From a virus, in IMG/VR virus record IMGVR_UViG_3300007734_000755, positions 50,838-114,837 of that record: DNA of 64,000 nt; one strand, given 5' to 3'. The position numbers were made by a program, and so were the translations under genes. A model generated the notes under the pieces. The model had not been told where the DNA came from and did not search any database. It was given only the letters and a program-made list of their open reading frames with translations. Positions 17,777-27,552 of the stretch are shown in pieces (within the stretch, counting starts at the first letter, position 1; the number at the start of each line of letters is the position of its first letter).

Positions 17777-18010
17777 TTATGACGCTTTTTGTGCAGCGTT
17801 GTAATCTGGGTCTTCCAGGCGAAAGACTCTCTTTTCTAATCTTTCAACTCTCTTTTCGATTTTTTCCACTTGCTCAAATTTTACAAGTAGTTTTTCTACC
17901 GAAAGTCTAATTGATGTTATTTCATTGTGAAGTTTCCACGATACCCCGATCAGAGTAAAGACTATTGTTAAGGCCATTCCAGCGAATGCAAGCCAATTAT
18001 CAACGCTCAT
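17777..18010 (-). CDS. single-TM coiled-coil late protein (holin-like candidate)
   Basis: N-terminal TM helix, RVERLE coiled coil, ACTATTTA at 18033-18040. Confidence 0.5.
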   Translation of the reverse strand: MSVDNWLAFAGMALTIVFTLIGVSWKLHNEITSIRLSVEKLLVKFEQVEKIEKRVERLEKRVFRLEDPDYNAAQKAS

Positions 18011-18032
18011 AATAATCTCCTAGTTACTAGAA

Positions 18033-18040
18033 TAAATAGT
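18033..18040 (-). promoter_or_regulatory. putative late promoter ACTATTTA
   Basis: Recurrent motif, 23 nt upstream of ATG 18010. Confidence 0.6.
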
Positions 18041-18051
18041 AATCTGCGTAG

Positions 18052-18603
18052 CTAACTGCCTTTCCCAACAACTCTGAAAATTGTATTATTGTTGTCTTGT
18101 GGCTCCCATATAGTCCATATAAAATCCATCGTCGGAGAGGATTTAGAATGTTTTTCTCCGCCAAACTGCGGTCTCCAGTTTAGCGCCAAGATCTTTGCGG
18201 GCGGATATTTTTCAAATATCTTAGTTCTTGATTTGGCGTGCCAAAAAGTAGACTTTGTTAACATTGCGACATAAGAACAATTATCAAGAGACTTTATAAT
18301 AAAGGCCTCGGCTAAGCTAAATGGAGGATTTGTTATAATCCCGTCGCACTTAAATTTTCTCGATGATAAATCAACTGTTAAGAAGTCATCCCCAGTTTCA
18401 ATGTCAGAACTCTTTACCTCATCAAAGTACGACGTAAGAACCTTCGCCATTGCGCCATCACCGCAGGCAGGCTCTAAAATAATAACAGATTTAGGCCAAT
18501 CAATATTGTCCAATAGAACTTTCGTTACTTCTGCTGGAGTCGGATAGAAGTCCCTTTCGTTCCTCGTTCCGTTTCCGCCTATAATGTTTGAAGAGTCTAT
18601 CAC
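18052..18603 (-). CDS. orphan DNA amino-methyltransferase (N6-adenine type)
   Basis: DFYPTP, LEPACGDG, ITNPPF. Confidence 0.85.
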   Translation of the reverse strand: MIDSSNIIGGNGTRNERDFYPTPAEVTKVLLDNIDWPKSVIILEPACGDGAMAKVLTSYFDEVKSSDIETGDDFLTVDLSSRKFKCDGIITNPPFSLAEAFIIKSLDNCSYVAMLTKSTFWHAKSRTKIFEKYPPAKILALNWRPQFGGEKHSKSSPTMDFIWTIWEPQDNNNTIFRVVGKGS

Positions 18604-20456
18604 TTTAATTCACAAGCTCCACCGCTACAGGCTATCTCTCCCTGTAGGTTTGTTTCATCATCTGTCTCAAAGACCATTGAGAGATCAACATTCTTTAATG
18701 TTTCCATTAGGGATTCAAATTCCTCCTTAGAACAATCAGTAAACGGCATTTGCCTATAATTTCCGCCATCGTGTGGAATGACACTAAGACCTGAATAATA
18801 ATTTTTATTATTCCACATCCATTCTCCAACTTCGTCCCATCCGCTATCCTTGATAGCTATTGTTGCAGAGACGTTATGCGTGTTTTGTCCCTTTAGATGT
18901 CCTGGCTTTATCCAACTATTGTGAATTTTCTTAATTCTTTCTAGAAGATCTACCTCACTCTCTGTTCTAAGGATAGCGCCTTCTGGAGCTTTTTGCGGAA
19001 CAGAAATAACAGCAGAATCGTGTGGTCTAAAATATTCATCCTCAACTAGTTCTGGGTGGTTGTCGGACAGGTATCTATAAATGGCCTCGCCCTTACCAAC
19101 ACGAAGTCTGCGAATATAAAAATCGTTGTGCCAGGCATGAACACCGCTGGAGGTTCCCAGGATTAGGCTTGTAGTTCCAGACGGCTTAACAGTAGTTACT
19201 CTTGCTGCCTGATTAATTCCTATCAGAGCAGCAACTCTCTTGTTCTCTTCTATAGCTATCAGGGCTGCCTGCCCCATGTCCAACTCTGTTACCTTGTTAG
19301 ACGCTATTCCGGTCATCCCAATGCCCAACAGAGCCTCTTTCTCGGTTGTACGACGCCACACATCTCTTAGATAGTGAAAGTCGGTATATGAGGCTTGTAG
19401 TGTGCCTATGAACGATGCAGCTTTTACTCTAGCATTGAAGTCCTCTTGAGATTCAAGATCACTAACGTTTGTCTCGACAAGATTACAGAATTGGTTACTT
19501 CTTAGTGCAATTTCGGCACACGGGTTTGTTCCCCATTCCTTATCGTTTGTAAAGAAGATTCCTGGCTCGCCAGCTCCGGAGGCTCTTATTCTATCCCAAA
19601 TTCCAAGAAAATAATCCTTGGTGATACGGTGTCTAAGAATCACTGCCGAATTGTTTGCTCTTCCTCGGTGAGGGTGGGTTTCCGACCAGTTCCCAGACTT
19701 GGCAGCGATCATTTCATCATCATCTGCGCTAAACAAACAGATAAGAGCAGAGCGCCTAATTCCGCCTGCAAGTACGGCATCCGCAATGTAGCAAATAATA
19801 TCATGTACCTCAATTGGTTGAAGTTTGTCTCCCTCTTCCTTTCCATTTAAAACTCCCTCTATTTTTAATAGACATTCCTTTAGTGGTTGTGGGCCGGGAG
19901 CCTTACCTCCGGCGGTTATAAGTCTCGAACCCTTTGCTCTAATATCTCTGAAGTCAAACGTAAGACTTGATCCGCCCTCAAAGTACGATTTCATTAACGA
20001 TTTGACCGCATCGGCCCATCCCTCAATGCTATCTCCAACAAGATATCTTCTCTTCCTCTTACCGTTTGGTTTCTTTATTTCTGGAAGTTTCTCAACGTGA
20101 TGTTTTTGGACCGAATATCCTACGCCTGTTCCGCCCAATAGGAGGAACATGATTTCGTTGAATGCCCGATAATCATCCACCGCCGTGAATGCACAATTAA
20201 AGATTCTTGATGGACATACGTCGATCGCCTTCCCGGCAAACTGCATTGATCTCATAGATGGCAAGACCTTTCTTTGAAGGACAAACTGATACGCCTCTTT
20301 GATTTGTTCTGAAAGTTCTGGAAACTTGCGTATATGCATTTGCATATTTCTATCTACTGTTTCCTCGTATGTCTCTCTTCTAAGCTCTTCTCTAAGATAG
20401 CGAGCATACTTCATATGATGCGTAATGTCGCTCAAAATTTTCTGTGAAATATCCAT
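18600..20456 (-). CDS. nrdJ: class II (B12-dependent) ribonucleotide reductase
   Basis: FNC, GGIRRSA, TNPCAEI, VKPSGT, C-terminal CSGGAC; no beta subunit nearby. Confidence 0.9.
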   Translation of the reverse strand: MDISQKILSDITHHMKYARYLREELRRETYEETVDRNMQMHIRKFPELSEQIKEAYQFVLQRKVLPSMRSMQFAGKAIDVCPSRIFNCAFTAVDDYRAFNEIMFLLLGGTGVGYSVQKHHVEKLPEIKKPNGKRKRRYLVGDSIEGWADAVKSLMKSYFEGGSSLTFDFRDIRAKGSRLITAGGKAPGPQPLKECLLKIEGVLNGKEEGDKLQPIEVHDIICYIADAVLAGGIRRSALICLFSADDDEMIAAKSGNWSETHPHRGRANNSAVILRHRITKDYFLGIWDRIRASGAGEPGIFFTNDKEWGTNPCAEIALRSNQFCNLVETNVSDLESQEDFNARVKAASFIGTLQASYTDFHYLRDVWRRTTEKEALLGIGMTGIASNKVTELDMGQAALIAIEENKRVAALIGINQAARVTTVKPSGTTSLILGTSSGVHAWHNDFYIRRLRVGKGEAIYRYLSDNHPELVEDEYFRPHDSAVISVPQKAPEGAILRTESEVDLLERIKKIHNSWIKPGHLKGQNTHNVSATIAIKDSGWDEVGEWMWNNKNYYSGLSVIPHDGGNYRQMPFTDCSKEEFESLMETLKNVDLSMVFETDDETNLQGEIACSGGACELK

Positions 20457-20484
20457 TAAAACCCCTGTTGTATGGTGTTCGTGT

Positions 20485-20514
20485 AGTATAGCGCGGGATG
20501 TGTTAGGTTGTCAA
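20485..20514 (-). promoter_or_regulatory. sigma70-type promoter for nrdJ
   Basis: TTGACA-N18-TATACT. Confidence 0.8.
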
Positions 20515-20523
20515 CTAGGACAG

Positions 20524-21096
20524 TTATATTTTCTGTAGGAGAGATTTCAGAGACTTAAGAAGCGTCTCCTCAATTTTCTCTCTTGGGGCAAAACTGCCCT
20601 TGGGCCTTGGAAGACGAGTTGGCGCGTCCTTAATGGTAGAATCTAAACTATTATCTAGGGAACCAGAGGGGACAACCTCTCTTTCTGGCTTCGTGGCGGC
20701 ACTTAGCTTGTTCTCGGAATCAACCGTCTTTGCAAAGGCATCTCTTCTGGCATTTGCCTTGGCGACAACTTTTGTAAAGATAGGAAGATTTCCCATTACT
20801 TCTTCCTTGGTGCAATTCTTCTTTGTAACCTTGCTTATAGCAGCAAGAGTCTTTGGACCAAGATATCCGTCCGGCTTATTCTTAGTACCGTTTTCTCCGG
20901 TAACATTATATCCCATTTTGATTAGGTCAGATTGTAGTTGTCCAATCGGGCTATTCTCAATTCGGCTTGAATAGTGTTCTGCTCCCTTTGAAGCAAGTTG
21001 TCCTGCGCCGGGTCCAAGTTTCCTACCGGCGTCCTGTTCACTTAGGACCTTCTTGATCTCTTCCATAATAATCTTTCTTAAGAAACTTTGTTGCAT
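20524..21096 (-). CDS. peptidoglycan-binding-domain protein with N-terminal LxE leader
   Basis: IGQLQSDLIKMGY...PDGYLGPKTLAAI (PG_binding_1 pattern). Confidence 0.7.
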   Translation of the reverse strand: MQQSFLRKIIMEEIKKVLSEQDAGRKLGPGAGQLASKGAEHYSSRIENSPIGQLQSDLIKMGYNVTGENGTKNKPDGYLGPKTLAAISKVTKKNCTKEEVMGNLPIFTKVVAKANARRDAFAKTVDSENKLSAATKPEREVVPSGSLDNSLDSTIKDAPTRLPRPKGSFAPREKIEETLLKSLKSLLQKI

Positions 21097-21118
21097 ATAG
21101 AATATCTCCTGTGTTTTA

Positions 21119-21126
21119 TAAATAGT
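21119..21126 (-). promoter_or_regulatory. putative late promoter ACTATTTA
   Basis: Recurrent motif, 23 nt upstream of ATG 21096. Confidence 0.6.
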
Positions 21127-21132
21127 TTGATT

Positions 21133-22494
21133 TTATTTTGCAGTCCGATATTTATCAAAGATTTCCTGTTTCTTGTTTTTTGTTTTCTTAAATTTCATGG
21201 GTTCTTGTTCTGGTTCATTTGGTTCGTCTAGCACCTCAATCTTAACCACGGAAGTATCCATAAAAATTGGCATAACAATACCATCTGGGCCATTTCGATT
21301 CTTAGCAATAAAGAATCTGCCAGAATTGGTCTTTTTATCATCCATAGTTCTTGATAATGAGAAGATAAAGTCAGCCACGAAGCATTTGTTAAATGCCTCA
21401 GAAATAGATTCCATTGTAACGATCTCTGCGTTTAATCCCGATCTGTTTGTTTGAGAGGCTGTTATAATTGGACAAGTAAACTCCTGAGCCATTGCTCTCA
21501 ATTCTTCATAGATTGATTCCAACTCAGTTCTCTTCTCCTTATACACAACTGTCGGCTTTAACAGATCTCCATAATCCACAATAATTAAATCTACCTTCTG
21601 TCCCATCGACATAACCCTCTTAGCATGATTCTTAATTGTTGTCGTTGAGGCTGATTTTGTTGGATATTCCTTAATAATAAGCTTACCCTTAAGATCTTTA
21701 ATGCCCTCCAGAACAGCATCCTTCTCATTCATTAATTCAGACAGCGGAACTCCGGTTAAACAGGCATCGTATCTTCCGGCTATGATCGTATCGGACAATT
21801 CAAGAGTATAATGAAGTACGTGTAGGCCCGCCTTTAGTGCCTGAGCTCCTAGATGTACTAGGAGATGAGTCTTTCCAGCCCCAGTTGGAGCTACTGCCAC
21901 CGTTAATTCCCCTCTTCCAAAGCCGCCCTTTGTAATAGCGTCAATTTGCGGCCATCCGGTAGAGACTGGATTTCTGTCCTTAGCTAGGAACCTTTTTTCG
22001 AAATCTAGTTTGTAATCATAACCAAAGTTGTTGTCTGTCCCTAACTTAAGGGCGTTTGTTACGATAACACCAATCTCATCTAGAGAGGTAGACTTCCCCA
22101 TAAGAGCGGCACTCTTAACAAGAGCTTCCTTGATTTTCTGACGGCGACAAAAATCTAGAGAAGTATCCTTAATATACTCCTCGTCCTCTATTTCTGGTGA
22201 TGCCGTTATCCTGGCGAAGTAATCCCTTATTTGTTTATTAAGGGCATCATTGTCATCTTCTAGTTCTGTACGAAGGATTGTCGTCATTGTTGAATTCGAT
22301 GGGTACATATCATACTTGTCTCTGTACTCAAACAACTTCTTACAAAAGAACTGAAGGTATTTCAACTCAAAGAAATTAAGATCTAAAACTTCTCTTAGTT
22401 GGTCTGCAAACTGCCTATCCTGAAATATTAACTGCGTTAATCGTTCCTGGAACGATTTCCCAAATTTAGAAAAATCTATTTGGTTATTACTCAT
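21133..22494 (-). CDS. replicative helicase (DnaB / T4 gp41-like)
   Basis: APTGAGKT, YTLEL, IIVDYGD, TASQTNR, KNRNG. Confidence 0.92.
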   Translation of the reverse strand: MSNNQIDFSKFGKSFQERLTQLIFQDRQFADQLREVLDLNFFELKYLQFFCKKLFEYRDKYDMYPSNSTMTTILRTELEDDNDALNKQIRDYFARITASPEIEDEEYIKDTSLDFCRRQKIKEALVKSAALMGKSTSLDEIGVIVTNALKLGTDNNFGYDYKLDFEKRFLAKDRNPVSTGWPQIDAITKGGFGRGELTVAVAPTGAGKTHLLVHLGAQALKAGLHVLHYTLELSDTIIAGRYDACLTGVPLSELMNEKDAVLEGIKDLKGKLIIKEYPTKSASTTTIKNHAKRVMSMGQKVDLIIVDYGDLLKPTVVYKEKRTELESIYEELRAMAQEFTCPIITASQTNRSGLNAEIVTMESISEAFNKCFVADFIFSLSRTMDDKKTNSGRFFIAKNRNGPDGIVMPIFMDTSVVKIEVLDEPNEPEQEPMKFKKTKNKKQEIFDKYRTAK

Positions 22495-22502
22495 TTGTTT
22501 CC

Positions 22503-23468
22503 TTATTTATTGTGTAGTGAGACCTTATTAAGTCTGGCGAATAATTCAACCCAAGAATAATTACCTGTTCCATCTTCCATCATAAACTTGCGAATATTTG
22601 TCTTGTTGAACGACGATGGATAGTTGTCGATTATATCTCTTGTCTTTATTGTTGTATCAATAGATACAGATGGAGAATACAGTTGCATCATTTCATAGTT
22701 TTCTCTGATAAGAGATTCTGATTTTAAAATTGAGCTATGCAGTTGCAGAGGCTTGGCCACATTCTTGCACGCATCGAAGATTTCGGTCAACATCACAGAT
22801 TTTTCTTCTCGAAGGCTCGGGAATCTCTTTGCCATAGTCTTGATTCCGACCCCCTCTGCTCCTGGCAAATTATCGGAAGCATCACCAACAAACGCCCTTG
22901 CAAGAGCAAAGTTGTTGGGGTGGATATCAAACTCTCCCACAACCTTATCAACGTCATAGATCTCTTCCTTGCAGGGCCTATATAAAAACGTTGTCGAATT
23001 TAGAAGTTGTAGGAAGTCCTTGTCGTTAGATACGATGACCTTATTATCACTTGGAAGCTCTCTACAGAGAATAGAAATAATATCGTCTGCCTCAACAAAA
23101 TCTAGATAAATTTGTGCTATTGGCATTTCATTTAAATATTCCATCACTCTAGAGTTCTGCCAATACTTGTTTTTTCTTTCGTCATCTTCACTTAATTCCC
23201 CAAAGGTTCGATTCAGCCGAACAGGCTTTCTACCCTCCTTATAATTACTGTTTATGGCTCTTCTTCGTATAGAAGATTTATGTCCATCCCAACAAAAGAA
23301 AATCTTATCGGGTTCTATTTCTCGAACCATTTTTTGTAGAATCTTAAACGTTCCCTTTATTCCTCCAACAGGATCTCCATTGGGGCCAAGAGATGGATCC
23401 ATAAGATATGCTCTAAAGAATAGATTAAGCCCATCAATTATTAAAATTTTATCGGGTGTTTTACTCAT
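22503..23468 (-). CDS. 5'-3' exonuclease / flap endonuclease (T4 RNase H-like)
   Basis: IIDG.N...R, YKEGR, EADD, SNDKDFLQL, GDASDNLPG..GVG.KT. Confidence 0.92.
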   Translation of the reverse strand: MSKTPDKILIIDGLNLFFRAYLMDPSLGPNGDPVGGIKGTFKILQKMVREIEPDKIFFCWDGHKSSIRRRAINSNYKEGRKPVRLNRTFGELSEDDERKNKYWQNSRVMEYLNEMPIAQIYLDFVEADDIISILCRELPSDNKVIVSNDKDFLQLLNSTTFLYRPCKEEIYDVDKVVGEFDIHPNNFALARAFVGDASDNLPGAEGVGIKTMAKRFPSLREEKSVMLTEIFDACKNVAKPLQLHSSILKSESLIRENYEMMQLYSPSVSIDTTIKTRDIIDNYPSSFNKTNIRKFMMEDGTGNYSWVELFARLNKVSLHNK

Positions 23469-24600
23469 CTATATCACAATCCTCTTCTGAATCATCAATG
23501 TCGTAAAAACTCTTAGCACTTCCTTCCTTAGAATCAAACTTGTGGATCACTTCCTTATCCATAACTCTGAGGACCTGAGATCTAAAATCATCATCCTTTA
23601 GCTTCTCGATCCAATCCTTAAATTGAAATTTGACTTCCTTTCCATCATCAAATATCAGAGTATACCAGGCCCCACCCTGCTTCAACTTGTCAGAGTTCTT
23701 TATAGCCTCAAACCAACTTTCCTCATCCTGAATAGCAATATCCTCTCCACCCCACAAAATCTTAAAGGTACACTCTCTTCCCTGAGTGCCAAATCTAGAT
23801 TTTTCGATCTTCGCCTTAAGCTCATTACCAACTCTAAACCCAGCATCGTTTAATATAAAACTAGCCTTACCCTTTCTGGCCGTAAGCCAGATTCGCAATG
23901 AGTACGCATAAGCCAGTGCTTTCCCACCAGGAGTAAAGTATGGCGTCATCATAGCTTCCTGCGGAGTTCTTGCAATATTGGTCTTCAATTGATTTAGGCA
24001 GAGCAGAGTGCTCCCGGAGTTTGCAAGGGGCTGTATGAGCTTGGAGAAGGCCTTAGAAAGGATTCTGGGCTTCACTGCCATAGATGACTGCGGATTGAAG
24101 TCTCCCTCAACGTCCGTTTCTGTTGGAGTAAACGCAATAGAATCCCATACAAACAACAGCTTATTTTGGTTTGCCGCCAATAGGGTCTCAATTGTTTCTA
24201 AGACAAATTCTACCGACCGTGCCTGTACATACAACAGATTAGAAATGTCTACTCCGGCACTTGTCATGAAGTCTGACGAGATGGCGGATTCAGAATCGAA
24301 ATAGATAACATCTATTCCCATCTTCTGCGCGTTGGCCGCAACCTGTGCTGCCATATAGGACTTACCGGCAGATTCCAATCCTGCTAACTCCACAATCTTA
24401 CCAGTTGGTATTCCGGCGACCATTCCCTTGCATATGATGGAATCTAGCCATCTTGAGCCGGTTGGAATCCAATCATGGACATCTGTGGGATTGAGTTCAC
24501 CCAAATCAAATGCAACAATTGATCCATCTTTCTTGTTAATCATGTCCCTCATTTGAGACATGGGGATTCTTCCCTTAACTTCCTCTTTCTTCTTCTTCAT
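23461..24600 (-). CDS. RecA/UvsX-like recombinase
   Basis: GLESAGKS, FDSE, VWDS, NQLK, TPGGKAL. Confidence 0.92.
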   Translation of the reverse strand: MKKKKEEVKGRIPMSQMRDMINKKDGSIVAFDLGELNPTDVHDWIPTGSRWLDSIICKGMVAGIPTGKIVELAGLESAGKSYMAAQVAANAQKMGIDVIYFDSESAISSDFMTSAGVDISNLLYVQARSVEFVLETIETLLAANQNKLLFVWDSIAFTPTETDVEGDFNPQSSMAVKPRILSKAFSKLIQPLANSGSTLLCLNQLKTNIARTPQEAMMTPYFTPGGKALAYAYSLRIWLTARKGKASFILNDAGFRVGNELKAKIEKSRFGTQGRECTFKILWGGEDIAIQDEESWFEAIKNSDKLKQGGAWYTLIFDDGKEVKFQFKDWIEKLKDDDFRSQVLRVMDKEVIHKFDSKEGSAKSFYDIDDSEEDCDIDE

Positions 24601-24619
24601 TTTTTAACTCCTAATAGGT

Positions 24620-24655
24620 TAAGAGGGAGAATGAAATTATCCATTCTCCCTCTTA
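24620..24655. terminator. 14 bp perfect hairpin (terminator or processing stem)
   Basis: TAAGAGGGAGAATG / CATTCTCCCTCTTA, 8 nt loop, weak U tract. Confidence 0.6.
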
Positions 24656-24753
24656 TGCACACGGCAGGCGCGACCTGGTGTGGAAGGGTGGCAACGGGAC
24701 GGTGCGCGCCGTTGAGAGATTTTGATCCGAAACACACCCTAACTGGTCAAGTC
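24656..24753. ncRNA. unidentified GC-rich structured element
   Basis: Several overlapping complementary segments in the longest non-coding gap; no family recognised. Confidence 0.35.
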
Positions 24754-25506
24754 TTAGACTCCAAGAGACTTGAGAGCAGAATCAAGTTCTTCTGCTTCAC
24801 CGGGGACAGCCGTAGAAACATCACCCCCTTCTTCACTGCCGCCGTTTAAGAATTTATCCAAGGCTTCGGCAACCTGCCCAGTTGTTTTACGCTCGAAGAT
24901 CGCATTGAAATCTAGACCGTGGCTGAGGAAATCTTCGATTTCCTTCTTGGTTTGCGCCAACGGTGTTGACTTGCGCTTTGGCGTCATAACCGCCTCTGCG
25001 AACTTCTTTCCACCCTTCTTTGTGGATTGGACGGTTAGATCCAGTCCCTCGGTAACATCAGTGATATCGCCGTAATCGGGATTAAGCATTAGCTTAAGTA
25101 ACTCTTCGTAGATTGTCTTAGAGAACCCCCAAACCATAACGCCCTTGTCCTCTTCTCCTCTAGCGATGACCGGAGCAAAGAACCGTTGTTTCGATCCAAT
25201 CTCCTTGGCCATTGTGCGACTTTCCTCATCGCCCTCTTTATAGAGCTTAGAGACTAGATCACAGATCGGGCAGGATTCACTTAGGTTTCTCTTGAGACAG
25301 AAGATACTCGTAACCTTCTTTGAGTCCTCGCGTAGGTAATGGAAGAAGAATTCCTTGAGTGGATCTCCATCCTCGGTGGGCACAATACGAATTGTGGTGT
25401 CCACGTTTTCTAGAGGCTTCCAATAGGTTACGGTCTTACCCTTTCCGCCGGTTCTATCATTCAGCTTAGCCAATTTTTCTTTAATTTTTTTAATATCGAA
25501 CGCCAT
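24754..25506 (-). CDS. ssDNA-binding protein (T4 gp32-like)
   Basis: YWKP, IRIVP, H..C..CPIC Zn site, YGDITD...GLDL, acidic tail. Confidence 0.85.
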   Translation of the reverse strand: MAFDIKKIKEKLAKLNDRTGGKGKTVTYWKPLENVDTTIRIVPTEDGDPLKEFFFHYLREDSKKVTSIFCLKRNLSESCPICDLVSKLYKEGDEESRTMAKEIGSKQRFFAPVIARGEEDKGVMVWGFSKTIYEELLKLMLNPDYGDITDVTEGLDLTVQSTKKGGKKFAEAVMTPKRKSTPLAQTKKEIEDFLSHGLDFNAIFERKTTGQVAEALDKFLNGGSEEGGDVSTAVPGEAEELDSALKSLGV

Positions 25507-25522
25507 TTTTATTCACTCCTGT

Positions 25523-26347
25523 TTATTGTTGTATTATGTTGGTATTAGCAACGAGGTAGACAAAATTTGTATCATAGTTTGTAGTTGTTATCTTGTAAGA
25601 GATATCAATTTCCGTACCGGAATAGGCCTCTTTCGTCTGCTGTTGGATCAGTTTAGTCAAGTTTTTGTTCTGTGTCAAGTCCTCTTTTCCGATGGCATAA
25701 AGAAAAACTTTCTGCATTGGTTGAGACAACTTGTATAAATAAGCCTCTTGTCCATCCTCGATATTATATATCCCAACAGTAGAGATTCTGTCTATCTCTC
25801 TTGTTGAAGACATCTTACCAAAGACTTCCTTTCCTGTCAATAAGTAGTTTATCATATGAAAAGTGGTTACAATTGTCTGGTTTATGCTCTCATAATACTC
25901 TGTAATCGATAAACCACCAAGAAGATTTTCTACTTGTGAGTTAGAAATTATCACAATTCTGTTTATGAGAGAGCTTCTAGCATACTCCTGAAGAATGCCA
26001 AATACTACCTTATCCCTGATTTTCTTCTCGTTGGAAATAAGGGCCGAATCTGGTCTTATATAAAGAAGGTCTACCTTTAGATGTTTAATCTTCTCTAAGA
26101 TTCTCAATGTTATACCCGATATCTCTCCACCACCCGCTAAAATTACGGTGGCGTCTCCCTTCAATTTCCCCAGTAGCTTTATTTCCGGAATGTTATCTTC
26201 GTATTCTTCTATAGAGTTCTTTTTGGGGATAGAAAAGCAATTTTTGCCCTTTATTCCGACATCTATTTTGTATATTTTATATTCTGGATATTGTGAGAAT
26301 AAGTCAGCAATACAACATCCACCATTTCCAATCCCAATTATGTTCAT
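25523..26347 (-). CDS. divergent tubulin/FtsZ-family protein
   Basis: IIGIGNGGCCIA T1 loop; LAGGGEISG at the tubulin signature position; ISN; N..I. Confidence 0.6.
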   Translation of the reverse strand: MNIIGIGNGGCCIADLFSQYPEYKIYKIDVGIKGKNCFSIPKKNSIEEYEDNIPEIKLLGKLKGDATVILAGGGEISGITLRILEKIKHLKVDLLYIRPDSALISNEKKIRDKVVFGILQEYARSSLINRIVIISNSQVENLLGGLSITEYYESINQTIVTTFHMINYLLTGKEVFGKMSSTREIDRISTVGIYNIEDGQEAYLYKLSQPMQKVFLYAIGKEDLTQNKNLTKLIQQQTKEAYSGTEIDISYKITTTNYDTNFVYLVANTNIIQQ

Positions 26348-27546
26348 AGTGTCCTCATATCTCCAAATCCCTTTCCAACTTTCCTGGTTATTAGAAATTT
26401 ACCAAAACAGGTATTAGAGAACGTTTCACAGATCTCCTTTGCCATGTCTTTTTCCGTTACATCCATATCAACCACAATAGAATCGTGAATTAGAAACTTT
26501 ACAAAAGATTTTTTGTTATGAAGTAACTTATCAACTAGAATTGCTTGTCTTAGAAAGACATCGGAGGCGGTACTTTGAACAATATAGTTAAGAGAATGCT
26601 CCGCATCTGCCATTATTTCACGTTGAAAGAAATTTTTAACTATATTTCCGTCATAATATTTGTTCTTTATAGAATTCTTATCATAAACGCTGCAAGATAT
26701 TTTTTCTTGTGAAGCAGTCAACTTATGGGTGCCACGCTCATCATACATCCACGCCAAGAACTTCTTCTTTGCCTCGTCTCTTGGTATCTCCTCGCAGAAA
26801 ATGTTTATTCTATTCCATTCGTGGACATCTATTTCTGGTTGTTTTTTCCCGTTTAGAGCTAGCATAACTCTAGGTTCGAAGGCATTGAAGTCCAGCTCCA
26901 GCAAGAAACTATTTGTTGATTCTATAGCTGGTCGCATAGCCTTCGACAGAGTCAAGATAGGGAAGCTATCGGGCTCAGTTGTAAGACGACCGGTAATTGC
27001 TCCGAACAAATTGTATTTGGTTGCTTTTTCTGTCTTTCCCAGGCTTTTCCCCAATTGTATCAGGGAACTTACGCTTGCAACCTCTTTTAAGTGTTGTGGG
27101 GAAAACTTTACTTTTTTATCCGAAAGATTAATTAACATTCTGTTCAAATCATAAAGAAAATCATAGTTTTTTGGTCTCTCTTTTGTTAGAAAGATTTCTT
27201 GAATCAGCTCATTTCTTATAGAGAAGAATTCCTTGATGAAGGAAATCGGGACAAGATCATAGAAACAATATTCATCCAAGGAGACTTGAGCTGTTACGAA
27301 TGACTTAAGATAGGACCTTAATTTACTCTTGCTAATAAGATATCGCTCTCTCATAGAGTGAGAGCAGGCGTCTTCTATATTCTTTGTCCCGGCGTACAAA
27401 CAAGCTAGTTCATATTTTTTATCGCCCATCATTGGAGAATAATCCCAAGTATGAGATCCGCTCTCTAATGAAGAGAACTTTATGATTTCTCCGTCTACGA
27501 AACAGGAATCACATTTTTTCTTAGAGTCTATGAGTTCAAAAATCAT
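26344..27546 (-). CDS. minimal family A DNA polymerase-like protein
   Basis: TGRL, motif A ELDFNAFEPR, motif B RDEAK...AWMY, NYIVQSTASD, motif C IHDS. Confidence 0.75.
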   Translation of the reverse strand: MIFELIDSKKKCDSCFVDGEIIKFSSLESGSHTWDYSPMMGDKKYELACLYAGTKNIEDACSHSMRERYLISKSKLRSYLKSFVTAQVSLDEYCFYDLVPISFIKEFFSIRNELIQEIFLTKERPKNYDFLYDLNRMLINLSDKKVKFSPQHLKEVASVSSLIQLGKSLGKTEKATKYNLFGAITGRLTTEPDSFPILTLSKAMRPAIESTNSFLLELDFNAFEPRVMLALNGKKQPEIDVHEWNRINIFCEEIPRDEAKKKFLAWMYDERGTHKLTASQEKISCSVYDKNSIKNKYYDGNIVKNFFQREIMADAEHSLNYIVQSTASDVFLRQAILVDKLLHNKKSFVKFLIHDSIVVDMDVTEKDMAKEICETFSNTCFGKFLITRKVGKGFGDMRTL

Positions 27547-27552
27547 AGACGT

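Noticed and set aside
18052-18603. Restriction-modification system
   Set aside because: No cognate endonuclease adjacent; an ordinary orphan phage methyltransferase
24656-24753. SAM-I riboswitch, tRNA or canonical HDV/theta ribozyme
   Set aside because: GGCAAC..GGTGC..AGAT resemblance lacks the P1 AUC and kink-turn and is antisense to the genes; no cloverleaf; HDV core nucleotides not matched. Kept only as an unknown element
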